Counted from the first letter of the stretch, positions 1 through 9,974 are shown. The stretch: DNA of 64,000 nt from an uncultured Fidelibacterota bacterium (GCA_902624575.1 CACNXV010000003.1:12600-76599), one strand, 5' to 3'. Numbers and translations: made by a program. The notes: a model not told the origin generated them from the sequence alone.

Positions 1-691
1 CTGGTGCACTCATAAAGTTCACCACACCACCTAAACTTGGTGTTGCAAGATTAACGGATCCCGCTCCTCTTTGAACCTGAACAACAGAAGAAACATCAGC
101 AAGTACACTCCAGTTAGAGAAGTATAAATTACCGTTTTCCATATCATTCATAGGAACACCGTTAATTAAATATGATGTGTAACGATCGTCAAAACCACGA
201 ACGTAAACATTTTCATCATCCCAACCACCACCATTTTCAACGTAAACGTTTGGTAGAGTTGATAGAGCTTTTGGCAATCCACGACCACCCAATCTGAAAT
301 CAATGTCAGCTTTGGTCATTTCGTTAAAAGGGATTGCATCGGTATTATCTACACGTTCAGCAAGTACTTCAACACCACCTAACGCGACGGATGCTGATTC
401 TAATGTAAAGTTTGCAGATGCGTTAGAACCTGAAACTCTTACACTAGCACTTGAAGATTTATAACCAACTACACTAGCGGTTATTGTGTATGTACCATCA
501 GGAACATTAACTGTGTAACTACCACTTAAAGTAGCAGCAGCACCTAATGTAGTTCCTTCAACCACAACATTTGCCCCTGGCAAAGCATTACCATCTGCAT
601 CTGAAACAGACCCAGAGATAGTACCTTGACCAAAGAGAGCGCCAGAAATCATAATGATTCCAAATAGCGCACCAAGAATCGAACGATTCAT
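1..691 (-). CDS. TonB-dependent receptor, N-terminal part (partial, continues past the window start)
   Basis: Absent from the ORF track because it runs off the edge. Reverse translation from the ATG (complement of 689-691, preceded by AGGAG) gives MNRSILGALFGIIMISGALFGQGTISGSVSDADGNALPGANVVVEG. That is a signal peptide plus a carboxypeptidase-regulatory-like domain. A plug-like segment follows (NVYVRGFDDRY, INGVPMND, VQVQRGAGS). Confidence 0.8.
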   Translation of the reverse strand, partial: MNRSILGALFGIIMISGALFGQGTISGSVSDADGNALPGANVVVEGTTLGAAATLSGSYTVNVPDGTYTITASVVGYKSSSASVRVSGSNASANFTLESASVALGGVEVLAERVDNTDAIPFNEMTKADIDFRLGGRGLPKALSTLPNVYVENGGGWDDENVYVRGFDDRYTSYLINGVPMNDMENGNLYFSNWSVLADVSSVVQVQRGAGSVNLATPSLGGVVNFMSAP

Positions 692-736
692 AGTTAACTC
701 CTTTTTCTCGGTTATCTTCATATATTAATATATTAA

Positions 737-762
737 CTAAGGATACACGCGAGTATCCTTAG
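737..762. promoter_or_regulatory. Perfect 10-bp inverted repeat with 6-nt spacer (CTAAGGATAC-ACGCGA-GTATCCTTAG) in the divergent intergenic region
   Basis: Read directly from the sequence. It lies about 46 nt upstream of the receptor start codon and about 105 nt upstream of the epimerase start. No T-run follows on either strand. The structure is certain; the function is unknown. Confidence 0.5.
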
Positions 763-866
763 CAAAATATCCCCCAATTATTTCAGAATTCCAAACTATA
801 AATAATGTTGAAAATTAAAATATTGTTCTAACAATACTCAAATGAAAATAATAAATTGATATATTA

Positions 867-1766
867 ATGAAATATGTAGTTACAGGAGGAGCAGGTTTTA
901 TTGGAAGCAATTTAGTTGATGAACTACTTTCTGATGGACATGAAGTACATATTATTGATGATTTATCTACGGGTCAAAAGAGAAATATCAACCCGTTGGC
1001 AACTTTTCATAAAATTGATATTTCAAGAATCTCAAATAATTTAAATTTAAATGAAATCTTTAAAGGGGTTGACACTGTTTTTCATTGCGCAGCTAGAGCA
1101 AGAGTTCAAGCTTCAATACAAGATCCAGTTAATTATGAAAAAAATAACAATTTATCTTTGATAAATGTACTTAAGAAATGTGTTGATGTGAACGTCAGAA
1201 GGTTTATTTATAGCGCTTCATCATCTGTTTATGGACCAACAAACAAGCTACCTTCTAAAGAAGATGATGTTATTAATCCAATTTCGCCTTATGCAGTACA
1301 AAAATATTATGGAGAGGTCGCATGTAAAATGTTTTCTGAAGTTTATAATATCGAAACAGTTTCTTTAAGGTACTTTAATGTTTATGGAGAAAACCAAAAT
1401 TTGGATGGTGCTTATGCTACTGTCATTGGAATTTTTTTAAACCAATTTAATAATAAACAACCATTAACAATTAATGGTAACGGTAAACAAAGAAGAGACT
1501 TTACATATGTCGGGGATGTCGTTAAAGCCAACATTCTTGCTTCAAATTCTTTAAAAGTAGGAAAAGGAGAGGTAATTAATATTGGAAGTGGCGTTAATAT
1601 ATCAATAAATGATGTTGCAAATATGATTGGAAATGTTTTTGAGTATAAAGAAGCATTAAAAGAACCTTATGCAAATTTAGCATCTATTGAAAAAGCAAAA
1701 AAATTGTTAGATTGGGAACCTCAAGTGGATTTAAATAGTTGGATAAAAAAATATAAAAATGAGTAA
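867..1766 (+). CDS. NAD-dependent sugar epimerase/dehydratase (extended SDR, GalE-like)
   Basis: N-terminal Rossmann motif TGGAGFIGSNL and catalytic YxxxK (YAVQKYYGE). 299 aa. Confidence 0.75.
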   Translation: MKYVVTGGAGFIGSNLVDELLSDGHEVHIIDDLSTGQKRNINPLATFHKIDISRISNNLNLNEIFKGVDTVFHCAARARVQASIQDPVNYEKNNNLSLINVLKKCVDVNVRRFIYSASSSVYGPTNKLPSKEDDVINPISPYAVQKYYGEVACKMFSEVYNIETVSLRYFNVYGENQNLDGAYATVIGIFLNQFNNKQPLTINGNGKQRRDFTYVGDVVKANILASNSLKVGKGEVINIGSGVNISINDVANMIGNVFEYKEALKEPYANLASIEKAKKLLDWEPQVDLNSWIKKYKNE

Positions 1767-2784
1767 AAAAATCTTAATAACCGGAGGAGCTGGTTTTATA
1801 GCTCACCATGTAATTGATAAAATCTTGTCAACCACAGATTGGGAAATTATTACCCTTGATAGGTTAGACTTTAGTGGAAATTTAAATAGACTAAAAGAAG
1901 TTGTATCATCATACCCTAAAATCGAACAAAAAAGAGTTAGAATTGTACATCATGATCTAAAAGCAGAACTTAACCCTGAAATTTCAGCATCAATTGGTAA
2001 AATAGATTATATTAGCCATCTGGCAGCTGGTTCACATGTTGACAGATCTATTACTTATCCTTTAGAATTTGTAATGGATAATGTGGTTGGTACAGCAAAC
2101 ATACTAGATTATGCTAGAAAATTGGATAACCTAGAAAGATTTGCCTATTTCAGTACAGATGAAATTTTTGGTCCAGCACCAAAGGGTGTAAACTATAAAG
2201 AAAACGATAGGTATAATTCAACTAACCCATATTCTGCTACCAAAGCAGGAGCTGAAGAGTTAGTGGTGGCTTTTGAAAATACATATGGTCTTCCGTCGTT
2301 AATTACTCATACAATGAATGTATTTGGTGAAAGACAAAATCCTGAAAAATATATTCCAATGGTCATTAAAAAAGTACGAGATAATGATAAAGTAATGGTT
2401 CATTCAAATTCAGAAAAAACAATTGCAGGCTCTAGGCATTACATTCATGCTGAAGATGTAGCAGATGCCCTACTCTTTTTGTATAAATATGATATCTCAA
2501 CCATAAAGCCTGACAAGACAGGTGCAAAATGTCAAAAATTTAATATTGTAGGTAAAGATGAAATCGATAATTTAGAGTTAGCTAAGTTCATTGCTAAAAC
2601 ACAAGACAAAGATTTAAACTATGAAATGTTAGATTTTCACTCGCAAAGACCAGGGCATGATTTACGCTACGCTTTAGATGGATCTAAAATGGAAAAAATG
2701 GGCTGGGTCCCTAAATCAGCTTACGACCAATTAGAAACAACTATAAACTGGACATTAGAAAATGATAGATGGCTATCCATATAA
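1759..2784 (+). CDS. NDP-sugar 4,6-dehydratase-like extended SDR (dTDP-glucose 4,6-dehydratase family)
   Basis: Motifs GGAGFIAHHV, HLAAGSHVDRSI, STDEIFG, YSATKAGAEELV and ERQNPEKYIPMVI match the RfbB-type pattern. Overlaps the upstream gene by 8 nt. Confidence 0.65.
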   Translation: MSKKILITGGAGFIAHHVIDKILSTTDWEIITLDRLDFSGNLNRLKEVVSSYPKIEQKRVRIVHHDLKAELNPEISASIGKIDYISHLAAGSHVDRSITYPLEFVMDNVVGTANILDYARKLDNLERFAYFSTDEIFGPAPKGVNYKENDRYNSTNPYSATKAGAEELVVAFENTYGLPSLITHTMNVFGERQNPEKYIPMVIKKVRDNDKVMVHSNSEKTIAGSRHYIHAEDVADALLFLYKYDISTIKPDKTGAKCQKFNIVGKDEIDNLELAKFIAKTQDKDLNYEMLDFHSQRPGHDLRYALDGSKMEKMGWVPKSAYDQLETTINWTLENDRWLSI

Positions 2785-2823
2785 TATATTTGTAAACATA
2801 CTATTTAAAACTAAATTAAAAAC

Positions 2824-4725
2824 ATGAAGAACATTAATGTAATTTTTATACTTTTTTTAAGCACAATCTTTGCTCAAGTATCAGTTAGCGATTTAAATAG
2901 ACTTAGTAATCAGCAGCTAGATGCTATTAGAGCAGAGTTGCAAAGCAATACTCAGCAAGTAAATGACATATCAGAAGTAGAAAATACATCTGCTCCAGTA
3001 TTAATTACTCCTATGGACAATATAATTTCTGAAGAATATTTTGGATATAACTATTTAAAAAAAGACATCTCTTTTTTTGATAATGTACCTACTCCAGCAG
3101 ATTACAAGTTGGGGCCAGGAGATGAAATAATTATATCTTTATGGGGGGAGAACAATTCTAGGGAAAGTTTTACACTTAACAAAGATGGAATGATATATTA
3201 CAATAATATTGGATTTATAAACCTATCTAACAATACTCTCGAATCAGCAGAAATTCTATTGACGGAAGAGCTTTCTAGAATTTACTCAACTTTAAAAGAT
3301 ATAAATAATCCTACAACGCTTATGCTAGAGCTTGGACAATTAAAATCCATAAATATTTATTTTTCTGGACATATTGAAAATCCCGGAATCAATCTTGTAC
3401 ACCCTTTTTCTGATATTTTCTCAGCCATTGTACAAGCAGGGGGTATAGATAATAATGGCTCTTTGAGAACGGTTCAATTGATACGAAATAATCAAATAAT
3501 TACTACAGTAGATTTTTATTCTTTCTTTATGAACGGTACAAATACTTTTTCTAATATTAAGCTGATCGATGGAGATACAATACATATACCAAGTTTTAAA
3601 AATCGCATATCAATATCAGGAGAAGTGAATAGACCTTCTTCTTATGAATTATTGTCAAATGAATCTATATTAGATTTAATTGGATATGCTTCTGGATTTA
3701 GTAGTGATGCATCATCAACTCTTATTCTAAATCAAATTATTCCAGTTGAAAAGAGATTTTCAGATGATAATGCAAGAACTAGCATTGCACTAGATTTTAA
3801 AAATTCCAAATCAACATCTTTAAATAATGGCGATAATGTTAAAGTTTTACCAATATCAGATGTAGATGTAAATGTAGAAGTTTTTGGCAGGATAAAGTCG
3901 CCAGGAGTTTACCCAGCTTCTTCAAATAGATCTTTAAAGTATGTTCTTGATATTGCAGGAGGTTTTGACGACCCAATCTTTAGAAAAACTATTCGCGAAA
4001 ATGAGATTACTATACTAAGAAAAGATGAAAATCAATTTTATAGTTTAGAAATACTAACCTCTTATAAAGATGCTGATAAACTTCAACTAATGCCAAACGA
4101 TAAAATATTTATTTATGAAGATATAAATTATAGAAACAACTTTACTTATCGTGTTGAAGGTGAAGTAAATAAGCCTGGGACCTTCCCTCTTACAGCTGGA
4201 ACAACTGTTTCTCAAGCTTTAGAAAAAGCTCAGGGTCTTACAGAGTTATCCACTTTAGATAATATTATTGTATATCAAGAATTTACTGAAATTCAAGATG
4301 ATGGCACTGAAGTTACGCAAATAAAAGATGTAGCCAGTGTAAGTTTAGATTTTGTATTAGGGTCTCGCTCTGTTATAAAAGCTCTACCTTTTGAAAATGT
4401 AATTAATGTTGAAGGCAATGTTTACAATCCTGGGTTAGTTGCATATGATAGAGGGATAACCATGTCCCAGGCAATCATTCAAGCTGGAGGCTATAAACCG
4501 TACAGTATGAAAAAAAGAGCATATGTCAGAAAAGCTAATGGAGAAATAGATAAAGCAAATCTATTCCGAGGTAGAACTAAGAGATTATCTCCAGGAGATA
4601 CAGTGGTGGTTCCAGTTAATCCAGACCCATCTGATTTTGATATCACAGCTTTTGTAGCAGACCTATCAACAACATTAGCTAATATAGCAGCTATACTTCT
4701 TATAGTTGATAATCAAACTGATTAA
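2824..4725 (+). CDS. wza: Polysaccharide export protein (Wza/Poly_export family with several SLBB-like repeats)
   Basis: Signal peptide, Poly_export-like motif YKLGPGDEIIISLWG, and repeated GEVNxPG / G.VxNPG soluble-ligand-binding beta-grasp units. 633 aa. No lipobox Cys. Confidence 0.7.
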   Translation: MKNINVIFILFLSTIFAQVSVSDLNRLSNQQLDAIRAELQSNTQQVNDISEVENTSAPVLITPMDNIISEEYFGYNYLKKDISFFDNVPTPADYKLGPGDEIIISLWGENNSRESFTLNKDGMIYYNNIGFINLSNNTLESAEILLTEELSRIYSTLKDINNPTTLMLELGQLKSINIYFSGHIENPGINLVHPFSDIFSAIVQAGGIDNNGSLRTVQLIRNNQIITTVDFYSFFMNGTNTFSNIKLIDGDTIHIPSFKNRISISGEVNRPSSYELLSNESILDLIGYASGFSSDASSTLILNQIIPVEKRFSDDNARTSIALDFKNSKSTSLNNGDNVKVLPISDVDVNVEVFGRIKSPGVYPASSNRSLKYVLDIAGGFDDPIFRKTIRENEITILRKDENQFYSLEILTSYKDADKLQLMPNDKIFIYEDINYRNNFTYRVEGEVNKPGTFPLTAGTTVSQALEKAQGLTELSTLDNIIVYQEFTEIQDDGTEVTQIKDVASVSLDFVLGSRSVIKALPFENVINVEGNVYNPGLVAYDRGITMSQAIIQAGGYKPYSMKKRAYVRKANGEIDKANLFRGRTKRLSPGDTVVVPVNPDPSDFDITAFVADLSTTLANIAAILLIVDNQTD

Positions 4726-4731
4726 GTTAAC

Positions 4732-5472
4732 GTGAAGTTAATTCTTCTCCGTCACGGCGAAAGTCAATGGAATCTTGAAAATAGATTTACAGGTTGGAAA
4801 GACGTTTCATTAACAAAAGCAGGAATAGCAGAAGCCACTTTTTCAGGCCAACAATTACTTAAAGCCAATATCAAAATAAAAAGTGTGTATACGTCGCTGC
4901 TTAAAAGAGCATTAGAAACTACAGACATTGTTACTGATATAATAAATTTTCCCAGAGAGCATATTAAGTATGATTGGCGTTTAAATGAAAGACATTATGG
5001 AGCACTTCAAGGGCTAAATAAATCAGAAACTGCCTCAAAATTTGGAGAAGAGCAGGTAAAAATTTGGAGAAGAAGTTATGATACTCCACCCCCACTATTA
5101 TCAGAAGATGATGAAAGGCATCCAAAATTTAACCCAAAATTTGCACAAATTGACGGCAACTTACCATCTGGAGAAAGTTTAAAAAATGTGATTGAAAGAT
5201 TAAAACCATTTTGGAAAAACTATTTAAGCTTTATAAAAGAAAACCCAGGAAACCATCTGATTGTAGCACATAGCAATTCTTTAAGAGCAATTGTGAAAGT
5301 GTTAGATGAATTATCAAATAAAGACATTATATCGGTAAATATTCCAACAGGCGTTCCCTTAGTGTACAAGCTTGATAATAATTTTCATGTTATTGATAAG
5401 AAATACTTGATTGATGAGGACAGGTTAAAAGAAAAACAAGAAATAGTTGCAAATCAAGGTAAAGCAAAATGA
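4732..5472 (+). CDS. gpmA: 2,3-bisphosphoglycerate-dependent phosphoglycerate mutase
   Basis: The GTG start lies directly before the LLRHGESQWNLENRFTGW catalytic motif. RHYGALQGLNK and AHSNSLRA are also present. Confidence 0.9.
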   Translation: MKLILLRHGESQWNLENRFTGWKDVSLTKAGIAEATFSGQQLLKANIKIKSVYTSLLKRALETTDIVTDIINFPREHIKYDWRLNERHYGALQGLNKSETASKFGEEQVKIWRRSYDTPPPLLSEDDERHPKFNPKFAQIDGNLPSGESLKNVIERLKPFWKNYLSFIKENPGNHLIVAHSNSLRAIVKVLDELSNKDIISVNIPTGVPLVYKLDNNFHVIDKKYLIDEDRLKEKQEIVANQGKAK

Positions 5473-6413
5473 ATTTAGATTTTTCAGATATTAAAGTTTT
5501 AGTAGTTGGTGATTTTATGATAGACCATTATATCATAGGAGAATCAAATAGGATGTCTCCTGAGGCGCCTGTACCTGTTGTTGTTCCAAAAGAGGAATAC
5601 TCAATTCCAGGAGGAGCAGGAAATGTAGCAATGAATATAAGTACTATGGGATCACAAGTATCATGTTTAGGAGCTATTGGAAATGATATTTTTGGGGAAA
5701 AACTAATTAAAATTTTTAATGAAAATAATGTTAGTTCAAAACATATTGAAATTATTGACAATTATTCAACTACACTAAAACAGAGGATTTATTGCAATGG
5801 TATTCAAGTGGCAAGAGTTGATAAAGAAGAATTACTTAATTGGAACCCAAATCAAACAGAAAGTTCATTAGATTACTCAGATTATGATGTAATAATCTTG
5901 TCAGATTATGACAAAGGAGCACTTATTAGACCATGGTTTTTCAAACCAAAAAAAACTAATGTAATATTGGACCCCAAAAATAAAAGGCATGAACATTTAT
6001 TTATGCATTCCAATATTATTACGCCAAATTTAAACGAATTAAAAAAATTATCTGGAATGAATATTAATAATAACGATTCTATTATAAATGCTTGCAATAA
6101 ATTAATTGAAGAAAACAATTTTGAGTATATTATTGCAAAAAAAGGAGATAAAGGCATGACCATTGTTGGTGAGCAGAATTTTATAAAGCATATAGAGTCT
6201 CATAGAGTTGATAATCCAGATGTAACAGGAGCTGGAGATACAGTTATTGCTGCTTTGTCAATTGCTTATGCAAAAACTAATGATATAGAATATTCTGCAA
6301 AATTTGCTAATGCTGCAGCTGCAATCGCTGTCAGTAAAGCTGGTACTGCAAGTGTTACTATTGATGAGATTAATAATTATATTGAAATGAGTAATGAAAA
6401 ATCTAATAAATAG
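5469..6413 (+). CDS. hldA: PfkB-family sugar kinase, D-beta-D-heptose 7-phosphate kinase-like (RfaE domain I type)
   Basis: Motifs VLVVGDFMIDHY, PGGAGNVA and C-terminal DVTGAGDTV. Overlaps gmhA, which supports a heptose role. Confidence 0.7.
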   Translation: MNLDFSDIKVLVVGDFMIDHYIIGESNRMSPEAPVPVVVPKEEYSIPGGAGNVAMNISTMGSQVSCLGAIGNDIFGEKLIKIFNENNVSSKHIEIIDNYSTTLKQRIYCNGIQVARVDKEELLNWNPNQTESSLDYSDYDVIILSDYDKGALIRPWFFKPKKTNVILDPKNKRHEHLFMHSNIITPNLNELKKLSGMNINNNDSIINACNKLIEENNFEYIIAKKGDKGMTIVGEQNFIKHIESHRVDNPDVTGAGDTVIAALSIAYAKTNDIEYSAKFANAAAAIAVSKAGTASVTIDEINNYIEMSNEKSNK

Positions 6414-6951
6414 CTCATTAAAATCACATGCTGAAGCTTTGAATCTGATAGATGAAAAAAAAATTCATCATGCTAGTGATTTAATTCTACAATCTTTGTC
6501 TGGAAATAATACAATCTTTTGGTGTGGAAATGGAGGAAGCGCATCTCAAGCAAATCACCTATCAGCTGAATTAATTGGAGGAATGTATAAAGATAAAAAA
6601 TCACCTTTTAAATCTGTTTGTCTTAATGTTGATACGGCTTTTATTACAGCATGGTCTAATGATGATTCTTTCAATAATATTTTTACAAGACAACTAGAAG
6701 GATTAGCTCAAAGTGACGACATATTAATTGCATTATCAACTAGTGGAAATTCAAAAAATATTATTAATGCAGCTAAATACTGTAATGATAATAACATCAA
6801 AATTATTTCTTTAACTGGTTTCGATGGTGGGATATTAAAAAATCTTTCAGATATAAATATTAATATCGCAACCAATAGTACTCAAAGAGTTCAAGAGATG
6901 CACATTCTTGTTGGACATATTCTTTGTGATGTAGTTGAACATTCATTTTAA
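6394..6951 (+). CDS. gmhA: Phosphoheptose isomerase (SIS domain)
   Basis: Motifs GNGGSASQANHLSAEL, ALSTSGNSKNI and QEMHILVGHILC are typical of GmhA. 185 aa. Confidence 0.85.
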   Translation: MKNLINSSLKSHAEALNLIDEKKIHHASDLILQSLSGNNTIFWCGNGGSASQANHLSAELIGGMYKDKKSPFKSVCLNVDTAFITAWSNDDSFNNIFTRQLEGLAQSDDILIALSTSGNSKNIINAAKYCNDNNIKIISLTGFDGGILKNLSDININIATNSTQRVQEMHILVGHILCDVVEHSF

Positions 6952-8163
6952 TTTCCAAGAAGTTTTAAGTCCAATACCTACATTACCGCTTTCTGAGAAA
7001 AGCAAAATACCTGCTGATAGATTATCATTAAATTTTCTAGATAGGTTAATTAAAAAATTTAAATCATCCTGTTTATTTATTTTTCGTGATAAAAGAAATT
7101 TACCAGATAATATTTGATTAATGTTTACGATGGATCCTAAATGTACTACACTGACAGGAACTACATTTAAAGAATTTATATGAGGATTACCTATTACATT
7201 TCCTTTAAAAGACCATCCATATGGGTAATCCCAGTGATTGTAATATGATTCTTCTACATATGGCGGATCTATATTTTGATTAGTTGTTTCTAGATATTCT
7301 AAGAGAAATATATTCTTTGATTCTGAATTCACTATTTTCAGTCCCCATAGTCCATCATATTTATTAGCAAATCTTATACCACTTGTATCTTCAAAAATAT
7401 GTTGGTAATAAAAAGTAAGATTATTTTTCAACAAATTTTTTTTGTAAACAAATTCCCATACTCCTATGTGATTTCCTATGGCATTTGCATGAGGCTGACC
7501 TTCACGAATAGGTTCATCTGCAGCTATAAGTACTTTTAAAAAATTTTGAAATCCTAAAGGAAAAGCTTTCAAATTATTAATTTTTCCAGCCCACATTGCT
7601 TCATGAATAAATCCAATACCAATAAAGTCGTGTTGTCTAGATATTCCCATAAAAATATATTTTTCATGAAGATAAGGAGCTTTTTGATATAAACTATTTT
7701 TGTCAAAAAAACCATGAGAGATACCAAAATCAAATTTAAAATTCTTTACCAAATACGAGTGATTTAAGCCAATTTTTTTCATTGGCATTGCATTATTACT
7801 AATTAACATATGCCCAGAACTCAATTCATTATTTAAATATCCACTATAATCTTTATAATATTTCCCCAACTTGATATTTGTTTTTTTTGAAAAACTATAT
7901 TTAAAGTAAGATTCTAGAAATTGATTTTGGGTTATAATTGAGTTTATTTTTAATTCAAAATCTTTATAATTCATTAAAAAAAATAATCTTCCATCAAATT
8001 TTTCATTTTCAATCCCAAAATTATTTGTATTTAAAAACCATGAATTATTTTTTGGAATAGATTTCAAATCAACTTTTAAATCATAGTTTTGGCAAATAGC
8101 TGTGGAGATTAAAATGAAAAATATAAGAAATTTATTTTGAAGTAATTTCTTTTGGTTGCACAT
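6943..8163 (-). CDS. Secreted, probable outer-membrane protein, possibly capsule-assembly Wzi-like
   Basis: Signal peptide (FLIFFILISTAICQ) and aromatic-rich beta-strand-like composition ending in W-K-L-K. The YYQHIFEDTSG / DGLWGLK segments resemble Wzi as I remember it. Located in the glycan locus. The family assignment is tentative. Confidence 0.4.
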   Translation of the reverse strand: MCNQKKLLQNKFLIFFILISTAICQNYDLKVDLKSIPKNNSWFLNTNNFGIENEKFDGRLFFLMNYKDFELKINSIITQNQFLESYFKYSFSKKTNIKLGKYYKDYSGYLNNELSSGHMLISNNAMPMKKIGLNHSYLVKNFKFDFGISHGFFDKNSLYQKAPYLHEKYIFMGISRQHDFIGIGFIHEAMWAGKINNLKAFPLGFQNFLKVLIAADEPIREGQPHANAIGNHIGVWEFVYKKNLLKNNLTFYYQHIFEDTSGIRFANKYDGLWGLKIVNSESKNIFLLEYLETTNQNIDPPYVEESYYNHWDYPYGWSFKGNVIGNPHINSLNVVPVSVVHLGSIVNINQILSGKFLLSRKINKQDDLNFLINLSRKFNDNLSAGILLFSESGNVGIGLKTSWKLK

Positions 8164-9790
8164 AAAATTTCCAATCCATTACTTCAATTTGAGAATATTT
8201 TGCAATATCAATGGATTGATATTTTTTTGTTGGAATAACTCTTTTTTCCGCTCCATTGACTAGTAAATCTAAAGGCATTTTAAAATTATCATTCACGTCA
8301 TCCCATCTATAAAAAAATTTATTATCTGTTTGATAGTATTCTAGTATAGGTTGTTGTGGACTATAAAAGTACTGTTCGGCAAAGTACCAATAATCAATAC
8401 CAGTTTTTGCTTTAACCTTTTGAAAAAAATCCTTTGTATTTGCAAATCCTTTTGCATTTTCTACCATAAATTCTTTTAATATTTCAAACCATATTTTATC
8501 ATTGTTGATTACACTTCTTAATGTGTGCATTACCCATGCACCTTTCATATACGTATCACCATGTAAAGCCCAATGATTCTCATTTTCTCTGCCAACAATA
8601 GGTATTTCATTAGCAATTCTATTTCTAATAGTATTTAAATAATGAACACCAACTTCATAGCTATCAAACTTATCTTCAAAATAAATAGACTCAGAATAAA
8701 CTTGTAATCCCTCATGAATCCATATGTGTGTTGGGTCAGAAGCTGTAACACTATTCCCAAACCACTCATGACCAGTTTCATGCATTATTAAAGGATCTAT
8801 AACACCATACATTGGCCAGCTTTTGCTTCTAACACCATTGTACATACTAAACCCATTACCGTATGTAACTGCTGATTGGTGTTCCATACCTAAGTATGGT
8901 ACTTCAACTAACTTGTAACCATCTTCATACCATTGATAATCGCCAAAGTATTCTTCATAAAATCTTATTACTTCTTTTGATTGCGGGAAAAAATTCGAAG
9001 CTAATTCCTGATTATAATCTAAAACGTAATGGTTCATGAAATGTGTTTCACTATTTTTCACAAAAGTGTCTTGAACTGCCACATAGTTTCCAATTTGAAC
9101 TGATACGTTATAATTGTTAATAGGATTACTTACAAACCATTCATATGTAGTCTTATCACCTAAATCTTTGACGCTTCGTAATTTTCCATTTCCAACTGCG
9201 ACTAAATTTGAAGGAACTGTATAAGCCATTCTAACACTATCACCTTCAGCTGTAATATGATCTTTATTAGGCCACCAAATTCTTGCTCCTTCACCTTCAC
9301 AAGAAACAGCAACCCAGTCTCGTCCATCTTTATCTTTTGACCAAGTAAATCCTCCAGCCCAAGGGGGATTGTCAGCACTTTGTGGAACCCCCTCATAGAA
9401 AACAGTAAACTCAAAAATACTACCCTTTCTTATTGTTGATTTAAAATCAACCATTACAGCATCCAGTTCTCTTGAAAAAGACATATCCTGATTTTTATAA
9501 GTTATTTTTTTAATATTTAAATTTTCTGCTAAATCAATTTGTAATTTATTTAGGTCACTAATACTTTCAGCTTTAACTGTGACAAAACCATTTAGTGATT
9601 TCTCAGAAATATCAAAATCAATATTTATATCATAAAACGATACTCTATATGATGAACGATTGTCATTTAAATTACCAATTAAAAAATTATTTTGGGTTAA
9701 TTCTGGTAGATTATATTGATCGCCATGAGGCCTATTTTCTTGGCAGAATAATAAATGACATATCAATACACTAAAAATTATTTTTTTCAT
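8132..9790 (-). CDS. M1-family zinc metallopeptidase (aminopeptidase N-like), secreted
   Basis: HExxH-x18-E (IMHETGHEWFGN...WIHEG) and a GxMEN-like LGMEHQ. I moved the start to the MKKIIFSVLICHLLF signal peptide (ATG at 9790). Confidence 0.8.
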   Translation of the reverse strand: MKKIIFSVLICHLLFCQENRPHGDQYNLPELTQNNFLIGNLNDNRSSYRVSFYDINIDFDISEKSLNGFVTVKAESISDLNKLQIDLAENLNIKKITYKNQDMSFSRELDAVMVDFKSTIRKGSIFEFTVFYEGVPQSADNPPWAGGFTWSKDKDGRDWVAVSCEGEGARIWWPNKDHITAEGDSVRMAYTVPSNLVAVGNGKLRSVKDLGDKTTYEWFVSNPINNYNVSVQIGNYVAVQDTFVKNSETHFMNHYVLDYNQELASNFFPQSKEVIRFYEEYFGDYQWYEDGYKLVEVPYLGMEHQSAVTYGNGFSMYNGVRSKSWPMYGVIDPLIMHETGHEWFGNSVTASDPTHIWIHEGLQVYSESIYFEDKFDSYEVGVHYLNTIRNRIANEIPIVGRENENHWALHGDTYMKGAWVMHTLRSVINNDKIWFEILKEFMVENAKGFANTKDFFQKVKAKTGIDYWYFAEQYFYSPQQPILEYYQTDNKFFYRWDDVNDNFKMPLDLLVNGAEKRVIPTKKYQSIDIAKYSQIEVMDWKFYVQPKEITSK

Positions 9791-9974
9791 AATAAGTTCT
9801 GGTTTTAAATATATTATTAGCAAAAATGATATAGTATAAAATCATGCAAAACAGAAACCATAATAATATCGCGAATGCTTCCTTTATTAAGAAGAGAACA
9901 TATATAAGTGTTAAATATATTATCCATTTAATCCAGCCTGGCTGATTCCAAATCTTTATCATAAATTTCATCAT
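9771..9974 (-). CDS. Small hypothetical membrane protein (67 aa, two predicted TM helices)
   Basis: It is the only open frame in an otherwise non-coding ~235-nt gap. Two hydrophobic stretches (WIKWIIYLTLIYVLFLI and AILLWFLFCMILYYIIF). No recognisable family. Confidence 0.35.
   Translation of the reverse strand: MMKFMIKIWNQPGWIKWIIYLTLIYVLFLIKEAFAILLWFLFCMILYYIIFANNIFKTRTYYEKNNF

Noticed and set aside
720-733. 14-bp perfect palindrome ATATATTAATATAT
   Set aside because: It is composed only of A/T in an AT-rich spacer, so it is likely to arise by chance. It is mentioned only as context for the adjacent GC-containing hairpin.
6935-7117. 60-aa plus-strand ORF after gmhA
   Set aside because: It overlaps the 3' part of the well-supported 406-aa minus-strand gene and has no recognisable features.
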